A stretch of DNA of 64,000 bases from Eledone cirrhosa (taxonomy: Eukaryota), in NCBI GenBank assembly GCA_964016885.1, contig OZ024742.1:302746001-302810000 (forward strand). The letters run 5' to 3'. The position numbers and the translations under genes are program-made. Position 1 is the stretch's first letter. The number at the start of each line of letters is the position of its first letter. Positions 1 to 12,487 of this stretch are shown in pieces. The notes below the pieces were generated by a model that worked only from the letters and a program-made list of their open reading frames with translations, searched no databases and was not told where the DNA came from.

Positions 1-53
1 CGGCCATCCATTACTATGAAAATATCTATATACTGTGCGTATGTTTGTGTGTG

Positions 54-103
<50 letters not shown>

Positions 104-329
104 CATATATATATATATATGCAAGTTTTGCACCAAGAAAAATATAAACTTCGGTGAGAAAGGAAATTAGGAATTTATTTGCTTTAACATTTGTTTCTGC
201 GCCTAATATAATTGTCTACATATGCTGACTACAATATATATTGTTCAATCATATGCAATATTTAATTATTTATCACACTTCTTCAGAAAGCTTATAATTG
301 TTTGTTGAAGTGACTATCCATCATGCGAT

Positions 330-2098
330 AGAATTCAGGAAGGAGATGTTCAGGTGAACAAGCGCATTTCAAGCTGGGGTCGGTCGTTATCCTACTACTG
401 AGGTTAATCGACAACACTAAAAGGTTAAACACACTATGAAACTTGCTTGGTAGATTGTGCATACTCTAGTGAACAACAATTTGATTCAAAGACCATGAAT
501 TGAAAAGATATTCATTGGATATAATAGCTCTCTCTGAAACACGCATAGATTGAGATGGTAAGCCCAATGAAAGTGGATTTGATTACACTTTCTTTTGGAA
601 AGGTGTAACAGAAGGTCAAAGGAAAGAATCAAGTGTTAGCTTGGCTGTTAGAAACTCTTTTATCTCATCTTTTGCATCTCAGTGATTCTCCAGAACGTAT
701 TATTTTAATCATGTCAGAATTTGAAAAACAAGGAAGATACCTCTCAGTAATAAGTGTTTACGATGTCACACGTAGAAAATACTATTGAACAATTCAACAA
801 TGAACATGGAGGATTAGTGAGAAATGTGCCAGCTGCTAAATCAGTAATTATGGGTGACTTCAACTCGGTTGATCTAATTTGTTTGGATCTAATTTCATAA
901 CAGCCAGACTTAGGTAAACATGGTGTAGAAAAATGTAACCAAAATAACGTTCCACTCCTCATGTTTTGCATCTCAACGTGTAATAACTAACATTTTCCTT
1001 TAGCAGAAAGATAAATATAAAACTAGGACGAATCAAAATCCTTAGGATTGTCGTTTCGTTGATTATATTGTAGTTAAAAGATGTGATGTAAATGATGTAT
1101 GTAGTGTGCACACAATGTGAGGAGCAGAGTGCTGGACTTATCATCGTCTAATCAGGGCCAAACTCACTCCAATAGCTAGACCCTCTGGGACTAAAGTACC
1201 AAACAAACTTAATATGGCAAATTTCAAGTCTTTCGATGCTATCCACAATTTTCGTAGTGCATTAGATAATATCACACTTGACCCGAGCAATCTTTAGGAA
1301 GATTTTAAGATAAAAGCTTTCCAGGCAGTATCTGCATCAGTAGCTATGAGATCAAAGCCATCTAATGGCTGGGTTACAGATAACAGCCCTGAAATATGTG
1401 ACTTAATGACAAGCAAAATCTTTGTCAAAAACGTCTTTCTAAATAAATCAATCCTAATTGAAATAGCATCTATAAACGACTAAAAAGTGCAAACCGCTTT
1501 GAGAAATATTAAGCAGCACTGATGGCAAGACAAAACCAAGCAAGCAAAAGAGGCAGTAGCTTGCAGTTTTCTCCTATATTAAAGAAGTGTATGGTCCACA
1601 ATCCTCTTCCATATCACATGTAAGAGCTGCAGATGGTCAGTCACTCTTGATTGATATTGTTGTCATTTAGAATCGCTGGGTAGACACTTCTCTGAGTTCT
1701 GTAACAGATACTCTAATGTCAATATAAACATTATTGAATCAATGAAAAGCTACCAAATTATAGATGAAATGACATCAGAGACAACTATAAATGACATTGC
1801 ATCTGCTGTACAGAAATTAAATAACAATTGCCTGGATGGTATTGATACCGAGGTTTTCAAGCATGGAGAGGAGAAAAGGGTAGAACATTTACACGCTGTA
1901 ATACTCCATTGTTGGAGCAAGAGGAGAGTACTATGTTCTAAATATAAAATGTTCTAAGTGCATCTGGTATTAGTTCCACGCAGGCAATAATTTTGAAAAC
2001 TCAACTGTGGTAGTCAAGTATATCGTCTGCATGGATGAGGAGCGTATCCCTAAGCAACTGTTTTATGATGAACTTTCTCAGAAAAAAGAAAACATAGT
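330..2098 (+). mobile_element. Decayed RTE (BovB-like) non-LTR retrotransposon: APE endonuclease remnant joined to the C-terminus by a large internal deletion
   Basis: Broken frames give MKLAW*IVHTL, DIIALSET, VIMGDFNS, GKHGVEKCN, CWTYHRLIRAKL, LDGIDTEVFKHG, and then MDEERIPKQLFYDEL, a typical RTE C-terminal motif. Many stops and frameshifts. Confidence 0.8.
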
Positions 2099-2238
2099 AA
2101 GCCACTTGCACACATAACATTACGTCAAGAATTCACAAACCCATGCGAGTATACTCACAAACTCATGTAAACACACGCGCACAAAAGTACATACCATTTT
2201 AGTCACACAGGTGCACACACACAGGTGCACCCACACAG

Positions 2239-2283
<45 letters not shown>

Positions 2284-2840
2284 TATATATGTGTGAATGT
2301 ACAGATTAACAATTAAACAAAGAACATCTTTCACTCTAAGCGGTGTGATCTGAAACTGAGAAATATCAATCTGTAGACGCAGAAGTAGATATATAAAAAA
2401 TATTGCCTTTAGAAAATACAAAGACATAACGGTAGCGCGGGAGGAAGTTCTCTTGAGACGACTGAAATGTATGCAAGGAGAATTACGTGAATATGTGAGA
2501 CGGGAAAAACAAATTCCTGTTAGGAAAAAAATTATATTCTTGCTATGAAAAAATCAGGAGGGTAATATACTTTTTCGAATAGCCGAATAAATTCCAGTTA
2601 TCATATATGGAAAATGATATTAATAGTAGCAAAGTGATTAAACATAAAAATAATAAAAAACATTAATAGCAATAAAATTAGAATTGGTGCTCTGAAATAG
2701 CGATATATATATGAATGTATATATCGTGTATTTTGCAATACACTGCATGCTTAATTAAAAGCATTTCGAAGACCTTACGCTATTATTTTAGAGTAGTGAC
2801 AGTCTCACTTACTTTAATTTTCAGCAAAAAGGGGAGATAA

Positions 2841-2885
2841 AGCTGACAGAGCTCTGTTTCGCACTTTTTGGTGCTTATCAAAACT
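2841..2885 (-). ncRNA. Type I hammerhead ribozyme, U3:A8 core variant
   Basis: Minus strand reads AGTT-TTGATAA-GCAC caaaaa GTGC-GAAA-CAGAGCTCTG-TC-AGCT. Stems I, II and III pair, with a GUC site. Confidence 0.75.
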
Positions 2886-3117
2886 AAGTACTCCGCCTGT
2901 TTGCTGAAAATCATGAGTGTTTGATTCTTATAGAATTCTAGTAATAATCAGGAACTGATTATACAGAGCGGTTGCCGGTCAAGCAGAAATTGAAAATTAG
3001 GATTGGTGCTCTGAAATAGCGATATATATATATGAATGTATTTAAGAATCTATAAGAATTTATAAGAATCTATAAGAATCAAACATTCATGATTTTCAGC
3101 AAACAGGCGGAGTACTT

Positions 3118-3162
3118 AGCTTTGATAAGCACCAAAAGGTGCGAAACAGAGCTCTGTCAACT
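3118..3162 (+). ncRNA. Type I hammerhead ribozyme, U3:A8 core variant (inverted copy)
   Basis: AGCT-TTGATAA-GCACC aaaa GGTGC-GAAA-CAGAGCTCTG-TC-AACT. Stem I has one mismatch. Confidence 0.7.
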
Positions 3163-3601
3163 TTATCCCCCATGTTTGCTGAAAATTAAAGTAAGTGAGA
3201 CTGTCACTACTCTAAAACAATAGCGTAAGGTCTTTAATTAAGCATAGAGTGTATTGCAAAATACACGATATATACATTAATAGTAATATTTTAGGATTTA
3301 GGCTCATACATAAGTATGCGCTGACCGGGGTGGATGTATTCTTTAACGAAAATATAATGTATGAAAATTATACATACAGATATACATATATACGCACATA
3401 TGCAAACGCACATATACGGACATATGTACATATAAATACACATATATACGCATTTACACATACGCATACATATGCATACGCATATATATACATATATATA
3501 TATATGGTAGCCGAACTTATATATATATATATATACACAAACACAGACATATAATTACACACACACAACATATATATACATTCATACATACATATATACA
3601 T

Positions 3602-3653
<52 letters not shown>

Positions 3654-3658
<5 letters not shown>

Positions 3659-4459
3659 GAGAGAAGAAACATTTAGATATAATTAGTAATAAAATGTATC
3701 ATACCTAAAGTGCTCCTAGATTCCTCGACTACGTAGTTTCGTGGCATAAACAAAAACAATACATCATAAAGATATAGAGTCCCTGCGAGGTCTGCCGACT
3801 TATCAAGAGGATACCTCATTTTACTAGTCTCAAGAACGCGTCCACACGACGTGAGAAAGAATCCCAAAAGGCGGAGGGGGAGATAGTCACGCGATATAAC
3901 GGTCGAGAAACAGAGCTAAGCCTCTTATAACCCCGAAAAAAATACCACAGAGGCGGAGGGGGTATTTATATCGAAGCCGTAGAAGAGGTGGTGAAGGAGG
4001 CGAGAAGTATGAGTAATGGCAGCTTTCCAGCAGCCACCACACTTCAAAGATTACTCAACCAGAGGGAGTTATTAACAATATATTTAGAAACACACAGATA
4101 CATGCGGACACACACATATACATGAATGCATCCACACCCAACCGTGAGTTAAGGGTGCCAACCTCACCGATGTTGCTCAATGAATGACTGGGACAGACCA
4201 ATCCGGTTGAACCAGACTGAACCAGTATCAGAGTTAAAAATACATTATGAAGAGAGAAGAAACATTTAGATATAATTAGTAATAAAATGTATCATACCTA
4301 AAGTGCTCCTAGATTCCTCGACTACGTAGTTTCGTGGCATAAACAAAAACAATACATCTATATCTTTATGATGTATTGTTTTTGTTTATGCCACGAAACT
4401 ACGTAGTCGAGGAATCTAGGAGCACTTTAGGTATGATACATTTTATTACTAATTATATC
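3654..4459 (-). mobile_element. Non-coding PLE pLTR or retrozyme-like element: 593-bp unit, partial tandem copy and 90-bp inverted copy
   Basis: 3654-3765 repeats at 4247-4358. 4269-4358 and 4370-4459 are reverse complements. It abuts (TA)n and contains a hammerhead. Confidence 0.7.
3722..3811 (-). ncRNA. Type I hammerhead ribozyme, U3:A8 variant with long loop 2
   Basis: Minus strand reads TCCTC-TTGATAA-GTcGGCA...TGCCAC-GAAA-CTACGTAG-TC-GAGGA. Confidence 0.75.
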
Positions 4460-4729
4460 CTTTTTTCTTTCTTTTTTCTTTCCTCCTATCTATTTATATC
4501 TTTCTTTTCTACATACATTTCTCTCTCTCTCCGGTATTTCTCCAGGTTTTCTTTTTCTCTCTCCCCCTTTTTTCTCTCTCCTTCTCTCTCTCCGTTTTTT
4601 CTTTCTCTCCGTCTTTTTCTAACTAATAAAATAATTATAAACATCTCACTATCCAGACAGCTTCCAAAAATAATGGTTGCATCTAATAGGGTACGTCAAA
4701 AATATTTATAAAACTGTTTATATATTGTA

Positions 4730-4785
4730 TTTTGTCTGATGAAGGCATACCATATTTTAATTTGGCATCCCTGAAATATGTATAA
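4730..4785 (+). ncRNA. Degenerate hammerhead-like motif
   Basis: CTGATGA-AGG...CCT-GAAA-TATG-TA. Stems I and III pair poorly. Confidence 0.35.
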
Positions 4786-4920
4786 TGAAATAAATATGGT
4801 TTTATAAATATAGTTTCCATTTATTTAATATCGTATATCTACTCCAAAAACTTGTCGAGTGCTTTATATCAGTTATAAAATATTTACTTGTTGTATCCCA
4901 ACAATTTTAAATAGAACTTT

Positions 4921-4965
<45 letters not shown>

Positions 4966-5207
4966 TTGCGAAGTTTTTTATATGAAATCGTGTGTCGAAA
5001 CAAATATAGTTATACTTGGGGAGGGTCATATTTGTGTAATATTGCCAGAATTAATAACAGAACACACTCACTGTTTGGTTGGTTTTCACTTCTCGCTGTC
5101 TTTTATATCGGTAATCTAACTTACTCGGTCCTCAATGTTGCCATTGACTGACCGACGGTCAAAAATAATACAGATACAATATAGACACAAACACATATAT
5201 ATAGTTT

Positions 5208-5250
5208 ATCATAAATCTTTCGTTGCACATCTGCAACATCGTCAGTGGTG
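5208..5250 (-). ncRNA. Minimal hammerhead ribozyme, slightly decayed
   Basis: Minus strand reads ACCA-CTGACGA-t-GTTGCA gatg TGCAAC-GAAA-GATT-TA-TGAT. Stem II is a perfect 6 bp, and stem I has one mismatch. Confidence 0.55.
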
Positions 5251-5359
5251 TTATATTTTCCTCCTGTTGTGTTGTATGTCTACGCCATTTTTATTCAGTC
5301 TGTCTATATGAATAAAAAGGGCGTAGACATACAACACAACAGGAGGAAAATATAACACC

Positions 5360-5427
<68 letters not shown>

Positions 5428-5794
5428 CGTGCACGCGTGTGTGTATGTCTGTTTGTATGTTAGTGTACGCGTGTGTATGTTTTATTATTAATGTTTTTGA
5501 TATTCTTTTGAGAGAATCGTTTTTGCAAATTACTGAAAATATCGAATAATGTACACCAATTTTACCAGTATCACAAAAATACTGGTCCATCCACACACAC
5601 ACACAAACACATACACACATATACACATACACACGCGTACACTAACATACAAACATACATACACACACACACACACACTTCTCCGTATAAGACAAGAGCT
5701 GAAAAATATCTTTCAACATGTTAAAATATCCCCAACACACGTACACACACATTTCTACTGACCGAATTTATTCCCTCTACCAGGAACCACTCTG

Positions 5795-5908
<114 letters not shown>

Positions 5909-6339
5909 CCCACACACACACAAACACACACACACACACACACACACACATATTTGTCTTAATAGACACCTGAACTGTTGACTGTCAACATGACTGCAAT
6001 TCACACACACATCCCTACTGACCATTATCACAACAATGAACCTCTTTACTACACACACACACACATATTTGTCTTAAAAGACTTATTTTTCAGTGACGTC
6101 TCAATCAGGCGAAAAAGGACGCTCTTCGACAAACCTACATTTGGCGCAAAATCAATTTTTAACATTCACGTGACCTCTACCGACCAATCAAAATTGTTTT
6201 GACTACAAGAATTTTTGCAACACGAATTGGCGCGAAGTTTATAGTACTCATTCACGTGACATTCAACAACTAACCAAATCTTAATACCTCTGGAGTCACT
6301 TTTTTCACATAAAACAGGAAGAATTTCCAGAACTGATCA

Positions 6340-6545
6340 GATTAGAGTAAACATCACGAGCGCTCTATCTCAAAATTATTTTTGAAAAGCATTAGAAATG
6401 CGCAACCGGTAAAGACTTAAAACTAAAACTGAATACTAACCAATACTTATTACTAATTTATACTTTTTCCTAATTAAACTATTTTTCACTGGAAAAATTT
6501 GTCAGCATTATCTTTTCCTTTTACTAAAATATATATATGTATGTA

Positions 6546-6579
<34 letters not shown>

Positions 6580-6590
6580 CGTATATATAT

Positions 6591-6689
<99 letters not shown>

Positions 6690-7040
6690 TAAACGGAATA
6701 GAAAATGCTGACAAATTGTTCACAGTTGAAAAATGGTTTAATTAGGAATAAAAGAGTATTAGTGATTGTATGGGTTAGTATTCAGTTGTGGTTTTAAGTT
6801 TTTAAGTTTTTACCGGTTGCGCATTTGTATATGCTTTTCAAAAATAATTTTGAGATAGAGTGTCCGTGCTGTTTGCTCTGATCTTAAAAGCATTTAGAAA
6901 TGCGCAACCGGTAAAAACTTAAAAACTTAAAACCACAACTGAATACTAACCCATACAATCACTAATACTCTTTTATTCCTAATTAAACCATTTTTCAACT
7001 GTGAACAATTTGTCAGCATTTTCTATTCCGTTTACCAATA
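6340..7040. mobile_element. Three copies (+, -, +) of a roughly 190-bp pLTR-like module around a (TA)n tract
   Basis: 6340-6525 (+), 6683-6882 (-) and 6886-7040 (+, inverse of about 6683-6836). The first two carry TTGAAAA-GCAT..ATGC-GCAA-CCGG-TA, and the third has a truncated core. Confidence 0.6.
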
Positions 7041-7193
7041 TATAATAACTTGTGTGTTACACCTCTATTCTTTTAACTATATATATATATATACACACAT
7101 ATATATATATATGCATATATATTGTTTAGAACTACAAGTGAATTCATTCTTTTCCTTTTTTCCAAATATATATATATATATAATTCTCGCTGA

Positions 7194-7304
<111 letters not shown>

Positions 7305-7380
7305 TTAAGCAAAGAATCGCCGCTCTCACCCTTAACGGGATCTTCTGAAACTTATTTATTATTATTATTTATTATTATTG

Positions 7381-7695
7381 CGAGGTTAACTTTGCCTTTC
7401 ATCCTTACGGGGTTGATAAAATAAAGTATCAGTAATGCACTGAGCTAATTGCTGGCCTTGTGCCAAAAGTAGAAACAATTATTTATTATTATTGCGGTAT
7501 TATGAGGGCGGTGGATTGGGAGTATCGGTAGAGAGTCGGACGCCATGCTTTCCAGCATAGTTACGTCCCTTTACGATCTGGGTTCAAATCCCGCCGAGGT
7601 TGACTTTGCCTTTCATCCTTATGGGGTCGATAGAATAAAGTACCAGTAATGGACTGGGTAATTGCTGGCCTTGTGCTTAAAGTAGAAACAATTAT
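7381..7695 (+). mobile_element. Two tandem tRNA-derived SINEs with a Meta-like core (7381-7480 5'-truncated; 7505-7695)
   Basis: Box A/B-like head (TGGgAGtATCGG, GGTTCAAATCCC), core GCCTTTCATCCTTACGGGGTCGATAAAATAAAGTACCAGT and (TTA)n tail. Confidence 0.85.
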
Positions 7696-7705
7696 TTATT
7701 ATTAT

Positions 7706-7742
<37 letters not shown>

Positions 7743-7829
7743 GAAAAAAGGAAAAGAATGAATATATGTGTGTGTATGTATGTATATATATGAATATATA
7801 TGAATATGTATGTATATATATCAATATAT

Positions 7830-8617
7830 ATGTTTGAAGTTTGAAGTTCTGACCGATCTGCGGAAAAAGTTTGTATTTTGAATTTTAAACGTGTCTAGGT
7901 ACCAAGGCTTTTTGCCCATATGAGTCTGTGAGTATTGATTTATTATTTTTTAGATCGTACAGGCAGACTTTATGTTGTTGAATTAAGATTTTTCACTCTA
8001 GCGATCTTATTAGTCAATTGCAACTAAAACATGTAAATGTTCATCAAATATTAATTTATACTGCTCAGAAGCGATTCCTAGAGCTGAAATGATTGTAAAT
8101 GACCCCATTGAGTCTAAACTCTAAGCTATTTATCACTGCTCCCCCAGGTGAGCTGAATTTTGTAATCCCATATAAACGGCTGTTATTTCTAGCACTATGT
8201 GTGGGACGTTAGAGGACTGGAATAAGCCGTGTGCAAAACCTCGTGTATTTTCGCTACGCTAACCAGACCTTAGATATTTTTCTGAGGTAGAGTTATTTTA
8301 TTTTATCTGGGTACCTATTGATAAACACAGAAAAAGTTGATTAACTCACTGCTAATTAGTTAATTATTTTACTATTATACCATCCTTTGTGAAACATGTT
8401 TGAAGTTTGAAGTTCTGACCGATCTGCGGAAAAAGTTTGTATTTTGAATTTTAAACGTGTCTAGGTACCAAGGGTTTTTGCCCATATGAGTCTGTGAGTA
8501 TTGATTTATTATTTTTTAGATCGTACAGGCAGACTTTATGTTGTTGAATTAAGATTTTTCACTCTAGCGATCTTATTAGTCAATTGCAACTAAAACATGT
8601 AAATGTTCATCAAATAT
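7830..8617. repeat. Near-identical direct repeat of about 222 bp (7830-8051 and 8396-8617, period 566), flanked by (TA)n
   Basis: Only one substitution was seen between the copies (aaggctt vs aagggtt). The partial-tandem geometry resembles PLE pLTRs. Confidence 0.8.
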
Positions 8618-8649
8618 ATATATATATATACACACATACACTCACATAT

Positions 8650-9800
8650 ATACACACATAGAGGCATAATTCAAGTACGTTATACATGTGGAAAAGGCAG
8701 ATAGGTAAGAAGTACTTACATAACCATAGTACCGTGAGGTGGGTCGAGATGGGGTAGGGGGTAGGGTGGGATGAGGGGGGAGTAACTTATCGAGTGGGGT
8801 TAAACAATTTTTTTTTTATCCCTCTGGCTTCAACAATGGCTTAAGATGTTTGAAAGTTACAAAGCTTTTGTGCATGCAATTCGGGCAGTGTTCAGAGAGT
8901 TTGTTCAGTGTCGGGCCCTTGGCAAATAGTATTTCGTAGCTCTTTGAAATACAAAGCTCACAACACTTGTGTCCTCCCATGTATGAGCGCGCTTTCTGGA
9001 GTAATTTCCATTTGAGCGCGAATGGGGTGGAGTTCCTCTAGAGTGCCCAGGCATAGGAGGCGAGTGTTTTCTGATTGGATTTGTCCGGTCTTCTGAATGA
9101 GTGGGTATGGGCATACCAGCGGGTCTTAAAATTGTTGGAAGTCACTCCGATATAAGTCTTTTTGTTGTTGTCACCAGTGCCTGAGATGACTTATATATAC
9201 GATGTCATTCATCAGGCATTTGTTTTCAAGTGGGCAGGCTTCCTTATTTTGGCAGTTGCACAAAGCTCCCGTCCGGGGATGGGTTTCGGAGGTAGTAGGC
9301 TTATTTAAATTTGTAGTGTTGAGATTGGCTATATTCCTAGCTAGGTGAAGTGTAGTGGAGTAGGAGAGTCTTATTGTATTCTTATTAAAGATAGTGTAGT
9401 ACCTATGTTGTGTGGGGAAGTGTATATTCAGCAATTTGAAGACAGTTCTAGCTATAGGTGTAGAAACCTCTCTATCGAAGGGGGGTTTGTACCTACTAAT
9501 CTGCCTATGCCTATTTCTCCTAGGTAATCTTGGGGTGGTTTCTAAGTAATCTTTTCTTTAAAGCCACTGCGGGCGAGGGCGTCGTTGTAGTAAGGGGCAG
9601 AGGCGCTAAAGATATCTTCATTGACTGAGAGACCAGAAATTATGAGTGAGACGCTTTTAATTAAGTCATCTGTGATGTTTTTGGGGTGGTTCGAACTAAC
9701 ATTTATGTATCTGAGGGACTTGTTAGGTTTGTGGTAAGGGTCATAGAGGGAAGTGTCTAAGTCGAGAGTGATATCTAAAAAGTTGGCCCTAGTCATATTA
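8650..9800 (-). mobile_element. Penelope-like element fragment: RT thumb, Cys-rich linker and GIY-YIG remnant
   Basis: NFLDITLDL...PYHKPN...YINVSSNHP...APYYNDALARSGF (ORF 9542-9859), CNCQNKEACPLENKCL..IVY (ORF 9171-9434) and a terminal NKLSE..CMHK. Frameshifted. Confidence 0.85.
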
Positions 9801-9911
9801 AAGAATTCCCTTTTCTTTAAACCCATCAACCAATGACCTCCACCCATCCCAATCACCACCCTCTCCTACCATCAGAAAAGATATAAATACCACCATGTTA
9901 CTTGGAGAGAT

Positions 9912-9962
9912 GGCTTCCTGATGATTTCTCCCGAATGAAACAGTTCTAGTCCTGTAGAAGAC
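9912..9962 (+). ncRNA. Type I hammerhead ribozyme in a pLTR-like segment inverted relative to the PLE body
   Basis: CTTC-CTGATGA-tTTC tccc GAAt-GAAA-CAG ttctagtc CTG-TA-GAAG, with a GUA site. Confidence 0.7.
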
Positions 9963-10333
9963 TTTTCTATATTAAATATTTATATCCTGCTTTGTATTGA
10001 GTACCTTACTTACTGTGGTTACCCCCGATTGAACCAGGGATAAACTTATATATATATATATAATATGCGCGAGTGCGTGTGTGTGCATACATACATATAT
10101 ATATATATGTCTGTTTGCAGACAGGTACAAAAATTAATTAGATGCTCATGGAAGTTACTAATTTATATTAAATGATTATGTAATTATAATATAGAAGTAT
10201 AGCGAAGTATGTATATATATATATATATAAATATACACGGGTGTGTATGATTGTATATAGAAGATTATATAACCAAAAGGAATTCCAACTTTGTCTGATT
10301 ATTATGGTAGAATATTAAATGTTAAATATTAAT

Positions 10334-10372
10334 TGAACAAGTACTTTCATGCTTTCGCAATCTTCAGGTTCA
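10334..10372 (-). ncRNA. Minimal hammerhead ribozyme with palindromic loop 3
   Basis: Minus strand reads TGAAC-CTGAAGA-tTGC gaaa GCAt-GAAA-GTAC-TT-GTTCA. It lies in a module (10275-10527) with inverted segments. Confidence 0.7.
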
Positions 10373-10528
10373 TATTCAGTGGTGACAGTCAAGTTTGCAA
10401 TTAATTTTCACAGTTGAATTAACATTTAACATTTAATATTTTACCATACTATTTCACTATAATATCATTATAATTTTAAAGGATTGTAAATAAAGCGAGT
10501 AAATCAGAGAAAGTTGGAATTCCTTTTA

Positions 10529-10574
<46 letters not shown>

Positions 10575-10619
10575 ATGAAATACTGTTAGCTTCTCGTTAA
10601 AACAATTTCTATACCTTTC

Positions 10620-10687
<68 letters not shown>

Positions 10688-10843
10688 CTGCTCCCTCACA
10701 AGTTGAGCTTATTAAGTTGTGTGTGTTGGACTGTTATTTCTATTCAATACACGCTTACCACGTTTGACTAGCGGAGCACGAGGTGACAAATTCATCTTTC
10801 TGTGTGAACGTTGGCAAATAGTGTTTGTGGCATTTAATCAGAT

Positions 10844-10923
10844 TCTCTCGCTGATGAAGCCCAGGATTATCTGTTACAAACACACTCAGGGCGAAACAGA
10901 TTAGGGATAATCTGTCCGAGAGA
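10844..10923 (+). ncRNA. Canonical full-length type I hammerhead ribozyme
   Basis: TCTCTCG-CTGATGA-aGCCC...GGGC-GAAA-CAGATTA ggga TAATCTG-TC-CGAGAGA. Stem I is 7 bp, stem III is 8 bp, and cleavage is predicted after 10916. Confidence 0.9.
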
Positions 10924-11060
10924 TATAATGGTTATTGAGGCGGTTTGTATAATAATATATCATTCTGTCTGCTTCTTGGTTAAATATTTCAAACAAATGT
11001 GGTTTTTCAACCCTTGTAATTTTAGACACACGGTTTACTGTGTTTCTTACTATATATTAC

Positions 11061-11094
<34 letters not shown>

Positions 11095-11679
11095 TTATAC
11101 ATACATACACACATATATGTATGCATATATATATGTGTATTTGTGTGTGTGAGTGTGTGTATGGGTGTGTGTGAGTGTGTGTGTCTGTACTTATATATAT
11201 TGTATATATATGCTAAAATTGTATATATATACGCACAAATATATTTGTGTGTGCATACATATGTATCGTATCGTATGCATATGTGTAAGTACGTATGTAT
11301 GCCACCGTATTTATTATACGCAATTATTGTATATGTGTCTTTGTATATTTATATGTGTGGGTATATAGTTTAGCTGCAGGCGTATGTCCGTTATACTCCA
11401 GGAGACAGGCGAAAGCAGGTAGCGAAAGATGTAGTGATTGGGTAACGTCTCTTTAATTATTGCTGGAATAACACAAAATTGTAAGAATTTTAAAAATAAA
11501 AAATCTAGATGGAAAAAACAAACAAAAGCGCGCCTGAATAATGCCGGGGTGCATAAAATGCATGTTTAATACGCTTCTTTACGTGCAGAAATTTTTTCAC
11601 CGAATACATATTTATAAAGGCTTGTATGTATGTATGTTCTTCTGGTTTTATAATTTCACAAAGTTTTACCAATAGAGAG

Positions 11680-11935
11680 AGAGATTCGGTTTCTAACATA
11701 GACACAAGACTCTCTCATTGGAATTTACACAACATCAACTAGGTAGATATGTATGTATGCATGTGTAGATATGGATGTTATTGTATGTGTGGATGTTGAT
11801 GTTTTGAGTTGTATGTGTGCATGTGTATATGCTTTGCATCTGTACATGTGTATATGCAGTTATTAGATGCAACATTTTTGGAATTTTTTACATATTTTTA
11901 CTGTTCCATTAATGGTTTGTACTTGTAATTTCCTA
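11680..11935 (-). mobile_element. 3' end fragment of an R4-like RLE non-LTR element
   Basis: RKLQVQTINGTVKICKKF* matches the C-terminus of the 62255 ORF (LQMAAIADTFKICKTF). The 3'UTR is similar to 56295-56520. Confidence 0.7.
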
Positions 11936-12155
11936 ATGTATGTATGTATGTATGTATGTATGTATGTATGTATGTATGTATGTATGTATGTGTCTGTGTG
12001 TATGTATGTATGTGTGTGTATGTATGTGTGTGTGTATGTATGTGTGTGTGCATGAATTTGTGTGTATGTATGTGTATTTGTATGTATATATATATATATA
12101 TATATAAATGTATACGTGCTTCTATATAAATATATATAAATAGGTATATATATAA

Positions 12156-12225
<70 letters not shown>

Positions 12226-12407
12226 GTGTGTGTATGTGTGCATGTGCACCTGTATGTGTGTGTGTGTGTGTGTGCGCATGTGCGCCTGTGTATGTGTGTG
12301 CTGTAAACCTCCCACCCTGTTATTCATTGGAAATTCAAGATTTCGGCTTAGCTTGGGCTAGGCTTTCTTAGCATAGTTATGTTACTTTTTATTTCATTTT
12401 ATTTCAT

Positions 12408-12487
<80 letters not shown>

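Larger units (their letters stand above)
2675..3280. mobile_element. PLE pseudo-LTR-like module with an inverted duplication of about 220 bp (about 2715-2935 vs 3065-3278) and a short direct repeat (2675-2720 vs 2994-3040)
   Basis: The arms are reverse complements and each contains a hammerhead motif. A related fragment is at about 52518-52620. Confidence 0.7.
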
